Shown here: positions 41,401-53,400 of the stretch, piece by piece
Layout of the letters: each line of letters begins with the position of its first letter
Position numbering within the stretch: position 1 is the first letter of the stretch
IMG/VR virus record: IMGVR_UViG_3300035698_007036
Location: 1-64,000 of that record
DNA from: a virus
Length of the DNA stretch: 64,000 nucleotides
Strand: one strand, 5' to 3'
Program-made: the position numbers and the translations under genes
The notes under the pieces: generated by a model
Databases searched by the model: none
The model's input: only the letters and a program-made list of their open reading frames with translations
Told to the model about the DNA's origin: nothing

Positions 41401-44400
41401 GGGTGGTAAAGAGGCTGACAAACCTTACGGCGGTGTTGATGAGCTGTTAGATAAAGTTTCTTCAGGTGATAAAACCTTAGGTGGTCTACAAGACATACAA
41501 GATGCTATAAATGATGCGGTTGATAAAAGAGTAGGTGTGTTAAGCACAAAACAGCTAAGGGGCCAACTTTCTAAGCTTGTGACACAGCGTGGTGATGACC
41601 CTTCAGCCATAGGTGAGATGGATAGGCCTGAGCTTATAAGTACAGTTAAGAAGCAAGTAGGCTTAGAACCTTTTTTCAAGGATATGGCAGACATAATTTA
41701 CAAAGAGGCCCTGTCTGGTATACAGCAACAGTTGGCTAATATGACCCCTGAAGCCCATGATAAGACCACAACAGGTTTCAAAGGCACAGACGAGCAATTT
41801 GCCAAAGACACTCTTGCCCAAGAGATGCGTGGTGGTGGTATAAACATTGCTAAACATATTACTAAAGCCCTTCATCCTTTATATACATATAGAACTAGCG
41901 GTGCCAATTTAGGATCAGAACAGCAAAAAGCTGTACAAAGAGTTGGCGGCGTTAATAGTCCTGACTTACAACCTGGTAAGTTAAGTGAAGATAGATTTAA
42001 TAGTATGAGAAAGAAAGCCATCCAATCCCAGTCTGTAACTGCTAATTTAAGCAGGGATTTACAGACTGCTGTCCAATATGCAGAGAGGGGAACTTATTCT
42101 GAGTTGGTATATAGTGGTCTAGAGTCTCTACATAAACAATCCAAAGATGTAAAAAAGGCTGCCTCGACTTTTGATGATTATAAACCTACCCTAGGTGCTG
42201 TAGGAGATGCTGGGGCTGCTGCCGAGCTAGCTAAGTACGGAACTTTGATGAATGACTTTACGGATGCCCAGTTAACGTCATCTAGCGTTCTGACCGGTGA
42301 AATGGCTGAAAGTATAAAGGGTATAATAACTACAGGACCTACGGATATAACCAAAAGTAAAGATTTAAATAATATGAGAGACGAGATAGAGAGGCTCTCG
42401 AAGTTAGCAGGAGTTCCAAGACTAAGTGATGTTTCTGAAAATGAAATAGATAATTTAACTGGAATATTTGGAGAATTTGTAGATAAAAATGCATCGCCTG
42501 ACATAAAAAACGATGAGGCACAAAAGACAAAGCTTGTAAATAATCTTAAAGAAAAGACTAAAGCACTTCACCAGTTACAAAAAGTTATAGATGCTTTAAG
42601 AGTTAGGGCTGTAGAATCAGAAGCTATCTTAAATTTGATACCTTCTAATGTAGACATTGGTGGGGTAATGGTAGGGGCTAAGTCTTTTGATAGACCAGGT
42701 CCGGAGACCATAAAGGACGAGGGTGGGAATGTTGTAATAAAAAAAGCATATGAAAGAGGAATCATAGGAACAAGTGCTCCAATAGATACTGATATGTTAG
42801 ACCAGGGACAATTTAGATCATCAACAAGTTCTCCTCAATTCTATAGTAATCGCGGCCCAGGTACACCAGGTGGTGGAGTCCCAGGTGAGTGTGTTCGTGT
42901 AACCAATTGTGACGGTCCTCTAGACGTCAGGGTGGTTGATATAGCTTCAGGAGTCAATATAGGGACTTTGGCGTCTGCCTCAGAAAGAGTTGGGGCAACT
43001 CTGCAAGATAAGATGGCGTCTAATAGAATAGCCACTGAACAATTTGTACAGGATTTGAGAAAAAACGCCTCCGACTTAAGTGGAGGAAAAGACGAACCTT
43101 GGACTCACGACAAATATGTAGAGGAAACTCAAGGTAGATATACAACCCAACAAGCCTACAGGGCTAGTGGTCTGGCTGGCGGAACTTTAGAAGATAAATC
43201 TGAATCCCTTTCAGCACAGCAGGCTCAGGTAATAAAAATAATTAAAGAGATGACAGGTGTACATCAGGCGAGAGGTATTAGTGAGATAAATGATACTCCT
43301 AATGAGCCAACGGGCGGTATAGCTGACGCTAAGTATGCTGCAAGAACTGAACTTGGTACACTACTACATTTAAAAGAGCAGAAACAGTTAGTTAAAGATT
43401 ATGGAGATAGGGCAGTAATAGAGAAAACTCTTAAAGTCAATCCGAATACTTCTGACAGTGGTATTAAAGAGGGTCTGACAGGCTCTATGCTTTCTAACTA
43501 TATTTCAGGGCATGTTGACGCCATACTTAAGAAAGAGGGTGCTGGCGGTGGGATAGGTGAAATAGATAAGTTTTCTGATATTGAGTCTGTAATAGATTTT
43601 AAAACCTCTGGCCAGAATTTTATGGACGCTTTAAATTCAGCCGGTTTTAAAGATACTCCTGAGTATACACCAGAAAAAATGAAGGCTTTATCTGATATAC
43701 CTAATGGTGAATTCTATGTAGAAAAATTAGAGAATGCTCGTCATCAGGTTAACGTCTATCTTGAAGGATTACGTCAGATGCTAGGCGGAACTGTTGAAGA
43801 TTTTGAGAATGTAACCGGTGAACTATCGTTTATTAATAACATGGATTCAGGAGACAGAATTAAAGTCAAGTTCAAATTTGACGAGCAGGCCTTCGAAAAT
43901 GATATGGCTGCTGTTAGAAAAGCAAGAGAATTGATAAGTGAGTATTTAGCTAATGCTGACAAAACATTAACCCCATCACAGCTACATACCAAGCCTGAAG
44001 ACATAAAATATCAGGGTGCGTTAAGATCAGCAGTTGGTTCTGGAAAAGTAGGCAAGTTTGCTTTTAAGGGGGCAGCATCTCCAGAATATTTAAGAAATGC
44101 TGAAGAAGAGAACATGGTTAGACAGAAATCAGGCTTCTCTATGGTTGGCGATGCAGATTTAAACAGAAATATAAGAAATGCCCAGTCGTTTATCACTGGT
44201 GATTTAAAACCAAAAGCCCACGGAGCTGCTATGGAAGCCTCCACTATGGCAGAGAGAGCCCGTGAGGAGACTAGAAAATCTGGTATAGACCAGACTAGAA
44301 GTGTTCGTATGCAAGCCGACAAGTACGGTGATCAAGGAGCTTTAGGGAATATAGATGATGAATTTTCCCGTGCCCAAAGAGGCCCTACTAATCAAAGAGG

Positions 44401-47400
44401 AGTTTCAGCCGTTTTCGTTGCCCTTAAAGCTATGCATGAACAAGCCATATTAGCTCAACAAGACGAAGGAATAGATTTTGAGATGGACGTCTCTAAATTG
44501 CCAGAGTCACTTGGTGGCCTTATAGATAAGGTGTCGCAAGTGGGCCCAGATTTTGGTGAGTATGTCTCAAAGGTCAACGAGCTTATAGATACTGGTGAAT
44601 TAAAACAATATGAGATAAACAAGTCTTATAAAATATATAGAATAGCTATGGGAAATTTCTATATTAAAAGAGCTGAAGCTGCTAAGAAGCAGATGGAAGA
44701 GCTTTACACTCAAGAAAAGAACACTGGGGAGCCAGCAGGTTCAAAGCAAGCTTATGATAGGTATAGAGCTATAGTAGAGGGTCTTCAGAAAAGGATCCAA
44801 GGTACTATAGGACAAAGAACAGACATTTATACTAAAGATAGAAGGTACTTTAGTCCTCAGTTAGCTAAAGAAGCTGGGACATACCTTACTCCAAAAGACA
44901 TTATGGATAAGTCTTCAGGACCTTTGGGCAGTAATGACAAACTTAAAGGTATGTTTGAAAGCATAATATTTGACATAGATAAGAAAGGTAGTAAGGGGAT
45001 AGATAAGGGAAGAAATATGGCCCGTTCCCCTGTAGAAAAAGTAAGAGAAGCCTTCAAAATGATGAGTAAACCTAAAGACAAAGAAGGTAAGGAATTAGAT
45101 ATAGATCTAGTCTCTCTTTTAAGAGACGGGGAAAGAATGAAAAGAGTAGGATCGGATCTTAAAGAAGATTGGGATTTTGCTGGGGTAGTAGATAATATAT
45201 CTAGGCTCAGAGCAGCCCTACAGATGTTTGTAAAGAACAACATAAGTGAAGATTTTAAGATTAATGAGCAACAGAATTTAAATGAGGTCATAAAACTTCT
45301 TAAGACTTTAGAAAACAATTATGTGAAGTTTGGTAAGAGTATAGGTAAGAGTAAAAAAGAATGGGGCGATATGGGGCTGGTCAAGGTACCGCCAATTCTT
45401 GCCCCTGTAGATCAAGAGTCTATGCATGAGAGAAATCTACAGCAAACTCGTAAATATTTTAAAAGAACAGAAGGTGAAGGTGGTGCTAAAATAGGCGAGC
45501 GTTTTACTTATCCAGTTAAAGTACTTGGCGAAGCTGGTCAGCAAATAAAAAATCAACAAATACATTTTTATAAATACGGTGAAGCTATAGATTATGCTGG
45601 TGATAAGCTTGGTCTATTTAAAGAAAAACAAGAAGATGTAATGAAGTTTATACAAGGTGGCAATAGGACTATGGGCTCTGCCATTATGCGTGCTGTTAGA
45701 TGGGGTGCAGCTTCTTCTATAGTGTATGGCGGATGGCAGAAGGTAATGGACTCCATAGATATGATGTCCGACGTTGAGACAGAGATAGCACAATTGAGAA
45801 TGGTGATGAGTCCACTTGAAACTGATTTTGATGCTATGGGCAAGTCCGCGTTTGGTTTCGCTAAACAATATGGAGTGCCTGTTAAAAGTGTTCTAAAATC
45901 TATGAAGGTGTTCGCTCAACAGGGTTTGAGTCAATCAGATGTTATTGAAAGAACACAGACTTCTACATTAGCATCAAATGTTACTACTCTTGAGGCTAAG
46001 GATGCTACTGAAGCTTTAACTGCCACTATGAAAGTCTTTAGAAATGAGATAGGCTCTTCTGCTCATGCCCTTGACGCTTGGAGTGAGGTTGAAGCTAAAC
46101 ACGCTATTACTGCTGGTGATATGGCTGATGCTATTAAGAAATCAGCATCGGCTGGTAAGAACGCTGGTTTTACGTTTGATCAGTTAAATGGTATTATCGC
46201 TTCTATAGGTTCTACCACAAGACAGACTGGTAAAGAGGTAGGCACCTCCCTAAGATTTATATTCAGACGTCTAGCCTCTGAAAAAGGACCTAAAGAGTTA
46301 GCAAAATTAGGCATCCCAGTACTTGAAAATTCTGGAGAATTGAGGAAAGGTTTTGACATACTAGATGATCTATCTTCTCAATGGGACGGGTTAACCAGAG
46401 CTCAGAAAATGAATGTTGCTCAAGCAGTCGGTGGTACTAGACAGTATAACCAACTACTTGTTTTAATGGATAATTGGGACGAAGCTCTGTCAGCTATAGA
46501 GGATAGTACTAACTCTAAGGGGTCGGCTGAGAGAAGAAACCTTGAGTTAATGAAGACTTACAGTAAGCAGGTTGAACAGGTTAAAGCAGCAGCATCCGAA
46601 GCAGGTGTTTCTTTGGGCAAATTAGTATTACCTACATTTAAAGCCGGGCTTACTGGCCTCAAGGGTTTTTTAGAATTTGTTAACAATATACCATCAGGTA
46701 TAAAATTGACCACCGCTGCTTTATCTGGCCTAATAATTTACTTTGCCAAGGGTGCTGATGCTATACAAGGGTTTCTTGAATACTTTAGAGGCGGTAAATC
46801 CATTATATCAGACTTCGGACGCTCCCTTTCAGACGAATGGAAGTTAACTCAATCTGAGGTTTTTGGTTCTGGGGAATTTGCCAGCTATGACGCCACTCTA
46901 AATGTAAAGAAGGTCAAAGTAAAAGATTTAATAGACTTTAAATCCATGGGCAATATCGATCCTGAGTCTACAAAGGATTTACTGGGGTCTAACATGGGAG
47001 ACTTTCATTCCTCAGTAGGTAAGTCTCTGTTCCTTTTGAAATCAGTTGCTACGGAATACAACAAGTGGTTAGCTGAAAGCTTTAAAGATACCAGTGATAC
47101 TGCTGATAAATATTTAGGAAAACCATTACAAAGAGCCGGACAAGTTGCTGATAAAGCCGGTCGTTCCCTGATCTCATCAGGACTTAAGTCCATTGATAAG
47201 GGTGGTACATTTGGTGCAATAACTGGTGCTGCTACAGGGGCATTGGGTGCAGGAGCTTCTGCTATAGGCAAGTCGTCCGAATTTGCTGGCGAGTTAGAAC
47301 AGACAATAACAAAGAAATTTGGTAGGCCCGCTGGTAGAATGTTCAATGAGATGGCCCAAAATTCTAAGGGGTTTTTAAGTGTAATAACGCCGTTAGCTGT

Positions 47401-50400
47401 CTCTTTGACAGCTGCCGGTGGTGCTGCTTACGTAATGTATAAACACTATAAAAATCTAGCAATGTCAGCACAAGATTATGAGAAGTCTATTTACGGTATA
47501 AGAAGGGCTAATGAGAGTGAATTAAAGACCGTAAAAAGTAGGATCAATGAGTATTCTAAACTTGAGAGGTCTATAGAGAAAGCATCACAGGTTACCGCTC
47601 CAGGAGTTAAAAAGAAGAGACAAGGGTTAGAAACTTATGAAAGTCCTCTAACAACTATGGCTGGAGTAATTTCTGATGTTAGGGATTTCTCTAATAGGTT
47701 AGGAGATACCAATACAGAATTAGTAGCAGGATATGATAAATTTGGTAATGCTGTAATAAGAACTTCTAACAATTTAAAAGAATATCTTAAAGTCCTAGAA
47801 TCCACTGCCCGTAAGGACATGGCCAAGGTGGAGATAGATGTAGCAGCCAGATTTGTCACCGATCTTACGAAGACTGGCGGCACTGAAAAATGGAAAGAGG
47901 AACTTAAAGCCCTTGCTTCTGAAATTCCAGTAATTGGTGAAATGGTGGCAAGTGGTATAAGTGTAGGTCCAGCTAAAGCATTAGAAACCATAACTGGTAA
48001 ACTGAATGACCTTATAGTACTTAAGAATAAATTTCCTATGTCCAATGCTTTCGATAAGGACATTAAGAAATACCAAGAGCAATTGTCTAAAGTAAGATCC
48101 TCCTTTAGTGCTACTTACGAAGACTTTAAAAGAGTTCTTGCTGGGATATCTACGGAAGGCATGTCTCGTGATGATGTATCTAAAATATTCAGTTCCCCTG
48201 AAATTCGCAAGGGTTACGAGCTAATGATAGACATTGAACCGAGATTCCAATTAAACGCTGTCAAGGGTAAAATAAAACCAGAAGATATAATAGGTTCTGA
48301 TGTACTAAGTAGAACTCTTAACTTCGATTTTGATGTAACTAAGGAACTTACTAAGGCCCGTCTAGAATCATCCTCTGTAATGCAGAGAGAGGGTAAAGCG
48401 TTGTCCGGGGACATATTACTCTTTATGGACGATGTAGCTAGTAAATACAATATGGCAGGAAGCCAAGCACAGATTTCACTTAAGGAAACAACCGATGGGG
48501 TTTTTGAATGGTTTGTTACATACTTCAATACTAAAACATTACGTGTAGAAGAACGCCCATTTGAAGGTGCCATGATGGATATGGTTGAAAACATTTTTCC
48601 TAAAAATAAAATTGAAGATGAACTTAGTGAAAGAATAGATTCTCTTAATGAATTTATGGCAGGGGCGTCTGCTGGATTAAGAGGTGTTAATCCAAAAGAT
48701 TTTAAGAAGGATTTTAATTTAGGTGAGCGTTTCTTCAGTGAGGTTCCTACCACTACACTAATCCAATCCGACAAAGGCTTTACGCCAGGCGAAGGGTTTG
48801 GAGTCTCAGATTTCCAAAAAGATTGGCAGAAGTCTGCACAGGACTATTTCTTTACTCCAATGAAAGATTATAAAAATCAAGTAGAAGAACTTCAGAAGCT
48901 GAAATTAAGCGGCCTCGAAGAGGCTGGGTCAGTTAGCTTATCTAAAGAGCTATATGAAAATCTAACCAGTTTACAAAATGTTCTAAAGAACAATCAAGTA
49001 GTTTTACAGTACAGAGCTGTCTTTGCTGACCTTACTAAAACTATGGAGGCAGGGACACGTGCTCTTAAAGAAGAATTAGCAGTAGAGAAAAGTCGTCAGC
49101 AGATAAGTAAAGATACAGCCGGTTATATGAAAGGTATATCATCAGGCCTTGACAATATGGATTTGGGGTCTCAGAAGTATTCAGATTTATCCGATAAACA
49201 ACGTGCTTTAAGAAGTTCAGGTACTTATAGGGATTTGGCCTCCAGAGCTAGTGAGATCAATATAGAAAGACAGCAAACCGAAAAGGGTGTGTACGATACT
49301 GATCGTGCTTTAGTGGCGTTAGATAGTATCTCAGACGTTTCTAAAGGCTTTGGTGCGTCTATGACTGCCGAGGAGATGAAAAAATATGTCGATATTATAG
49401 CCAAGACAGATGATGCTGGGGCACAGTCTATTGCTATAGAAACCAGTAAGGTTGTAGACAATACCGCTGCTACGGTGGAGAGATTAGATAAGCTTATAGA
49501 AAATCAAGGTGGCGGAAGATCTACAGAAGACACCATAAAGAAAGCAATACCTTTCTTTACAGCTTCTTTTGATGATAATGACAACATTGCAAATACCATG
49601 GAAAATTTAGCCGAAATGCGAGATAGTGCAGCTGCTAAGGGTAATACAGCAGATGTTGTGTCCGCTAATAGGGCTTTAGATGTAGTGACAAAAGAATTAG
49701 TAGACAAAGTAGGATACGAAAAAGCTGGAAAAACTGTTAAAGGTGGAATACTTCCCTCGATATGGGATCCTATAAAGCAATTTAAACCAGAGGAATTTTC
49801 ACAGAGAGCTTTTGGTGGCATGTCCTTCGATGATTTTTCTACTCAAATTAAATCAGGTATGACAGAAGACCAAGCCAAGGTGTTTGATAATAGTAAAGCA
49901 GTTAAAGAGTTAGTATCTTTACAGGCTACTGCTGGAACAGAACCACTTATAGACTCTAAGAATTGGATTAAAACTACTGCTGCTCTAGGTGTTGGAGCTC
50001 AAGGATTTAAGAGCTACGCCACAAAAGAGTTAGAACAACTCAGAACACAGAAAACTGAGACTGTTAATGCCATCGAGACTAGATCTGCTGAAGGTAAAGA
50101 CGTGGCCCAATTTGAAGAAAAACTTACAACGCTAAACGATAAGATAGGTGGAGCTGAAAAACGAGAAGATTACTCTAATTTAGTAAAGAATACTGCTATT
50201 GTTTCTGCTGCCATAATGGAGCTCTCTAAAGCTACTGGTAGTACAGAAGGTACCATACAGACCCTAGGAGCTAGTGCAGTTGCTGCTGCTGTTGCCATGA
50301 AATCTTTATCAGCAATTACTGGTACTGATATGCCAGCGGAAATTAAAGCATCCGCTGATAAAATGGCAACAGCTGGAAAAGGTTTTATAGATAAAAACAG

Positions 50401-53400
50401 TGCCACACCAGTAGAAAAAGTTGAGTTCATGGTCAATAGTAAGAAGTTTATGGATGCTTTTAAGAAAGAAATGGAAACTCAAGGCTTCAACGTCAACGCA
50501 TCCCAATTTCCAGGATTTGCCGATGGCGGTGTTATGACCGGTAGTGGTATGGTCACAGGCCCTGGAGGCCCTACTGACGATAGAGTTCCTTATGTCAGAG
50601 CAGGTAAACATGTAGGAAATCTTTCGCCTAAAGAGTTTGTAATAAAAGAGGCATCAGCCAGAGGTAAGTATGCGGAGCTAAATCATCTTAATAAAACTGG
50701 CGAGTTTCCTGATAAGAAAAATAGTATGTGGGATAATATAAAGGAACGTCCCATTAGTTCAGCATTACTAGGCCTTAGCGGCTTGTCCGGTATGGCCGGT
50801 AATATGCTTAAGAATCCGGCATTATTGTTAGCCGGTATGGGAGGCATTGCCTCAGGTACTGCCGCCGCCGCTCTAGGTTACGCCGAAGGCGGTTCTCTTG
50901 ATGATGCCTTGTTTGACACTCAGTTTAAATTACGTGCTTTAAAAAAGAGTGTTCCTCATAGACTTAAGGGTTTAGGTGTTGATCCTTTAAACAGAGGCAA
51001 GGCCACTATGAAGAGTTTGGCTCTAGATGACAAATTATCTAATGCCTTATTTGACGCTCAGTCCAAAGCAAGAGGTCTTAAGTCCAGTATGCCTCATAGA
51101 TTAAAAGGGACAGGGCGTGAAGCTTTAGGCAGAAGTAAGTCAGCCATAGAGACTTTTAGACGTGGTTCTGATAAAATCCCGAACACTATGTTTGATGCCC
51201 AGTTCAAAGCAAGAGGCCTTAAGTCCAGTATACCGCACAAACTGAAAGGCATGGGTCTTGATGCCATGGCCAAGGCAGGCCAGTTTGGGGACAAAATCTC
51301 GGATGCCATGTTTGATGCCCAGTTCAAAGCAAGAGGCCTTAAGTCCAGTATACCGCACAAACTGAAAGGCATGGGTCTTGATGCCATGGCCAAGGCAGGC
51401 CAGTTTGGGGACAAAATCTCGGATACCATGTTTGATGCCCAGTTCAAAGCAAGAGGCCTTAAGTCCAGTATACCTTACGGTCTAAAAGGATTAGGTCGTG
51501 ATGCCTTAGGTCGAGGCAAATCAGCCGTAGAAGCCCTTAAATATGGGCCAACAGGTGAGAAGATTTCCGGGGCCTTGTTCGACGCCCGGTCAAAGGCTAG
51601 AGGTCTTAGTAAAGCCATGCCTCATAAGTTCAAAGGTCTAGGTGTAGACGCTCTTAAAGGTATAGCTAGCAAAGGGGCTGGTAAATTAGCTAAAGGATTC
51701 GGCATTAAAGCCGGATTGAAGTTGGCAGCTTCAGTAGGTTCTAAGTTTATTCCAGGCTTGAATGTGCTATCTTGGGGGGCTACTATATATGACGTAGTAA
51801 AAATGATGTCTAAAGCTAAGCCAGCGGTAGCTGCGGCAAAAGGATTGTCTCTCGGGGGATCTCCTGATAGTATAATGGCTATGGTCAGCCCCGGAGAGTG
51901 GATAGTTCCGGCTGACAAGGTTAGAGGTAATTTGTCCAAGTTAAAGCAATTAAATAAGACAGGTATGTTACCAGGATATGCTGACGGGGGCCTTGTCGGA
52001 GGTAATACTTCACCTGATGCCCCATCGTCATCTACCGAGCCTTCTACTATTAAAGTAGATTTAAGCGATAGTAGTTTAAAAGTCTTAAGAACAGCTGTAG
52101 GTGCTGGAGCCGCTGCTACAGGTGCCGGTTATTTAGCTAGTAAATCCGAAGCAAAAACTAGATTGGCTACCGCATCAAAAGAAGCGGAAGAGCAGTCAAG
52201 AGTGTTTGCTAAAGTAATAGAGGATAATAGTGAAGCGGCCCAAGGGGTAATAGATGGCATGAGAACTACCTCTGTTGAATCTAACAGGATAATTAACCCT
52301 GTTCCAACAGAAGAGCGATCTCGCGTTCTAGACACCGGGGCTGAGAAAGAAAAAGTAGCCTCTGATATGAAAAAGATCAGAGATCGTATAGTTAAAGAGC
52401 ATGAAAGACTTAATGATGAGATGGCTGAAATAGCCAAAGAAGCTTCAAAAATAGAAATAGCAGAACAATTTAAAAGAGAGAAAGAAAATTTAGACAGGAC
52501 TTTAAAAGAGATAGACCTTACTAGTGGTATAAGAGCAAATTTAGAGAAAGCTACCTATCAACAAGACCCCACTAGCTTTTTTTCACCACCTAAAAAATCG
52601 GATCTATTAAGCGGTTTTTACAGGCCTCAAACTACAGACTTTGGTGTAACGAGAGAGTCTGAGATGACTCCGGAACAATCTATGGTTTATAGAGAGATAT
52701 CATTGTTTCCCGGTAAGATGCGATCATTTTTTGAGGCCATTTCAGTAGGTGATAGCTCTATACAGAAAAAAATAAGGGCGTACGCTGGAGTGTCTGCCGG
52801 AGATGCTTTTAAGAAGCTTGATGATCTAAAAAATAAGAGACAACAAGTAAGTGATGTATCGACTGATGTTCAGAAGAGAAAAGCAGAACTGGAATCTAGG
52901 AAATCAGACGGACTTTCTAGTGCCGAGTCTGAAGAACTTGACAAGTTAAATGATTCTGCCGAAGAGTTACAAGATACTTTTACGGATCTTACTGGTGAAA
53001 TAGGTACTTTACAGGCCACTATAAAGAAAGCCATAACTACAGAAACCATAAGACTGGCAAATAGATCGACTGCCAGAGAGGATTTGGCCAGAGAAGGAAA
53101 ATTTGCTGATCGTAAATATGGGAGAACTGGGGCTGTTACAAAAGCAACTACAGGTTTTCCTGGAGAAGTATCAACTTCCCAGAGCTACAAAGAGTTGTCC
53201 GTTATGCAGCAGGTTTATTTAGACATGAGCAACAAGCAAAAGAAGGGCTATGATGCTTTCTATAGAGGTCTTGAAGAGATAGGTCATATGGAGTCCAATT
53301 TAGCTAATGCTCAAGGAGAAAAAGTAAAAGCCATAGAAGAAGGGGATACGGATGCTGTAGCTAAATACGGTGCACAAATATCAGACTTGAAAAATAAAAT

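Noticed and set aside
36250-41900. Host rpoB/rpoC contamination or chimeric assembly
   Set aside because: Motifs are far too diverged for a cellular enzyme, the frame is continuous with the tape-measure core, and codon style looks uniform across the ORF
43150-43950. Cas4 of a CRISPR-Cas system
   Set aside because: No Fe-S cysteines, no array and no other cas genes; it is a RecB-like domain within the TMP
51188-51474. Direct repeats as a possible CRISPR array or DGR template/variable pair
   Set aside because: Contiguous 120-bp in-frame coding units with no spacers, only one mismatch, and no cas or reverse transcriptase gene in the window
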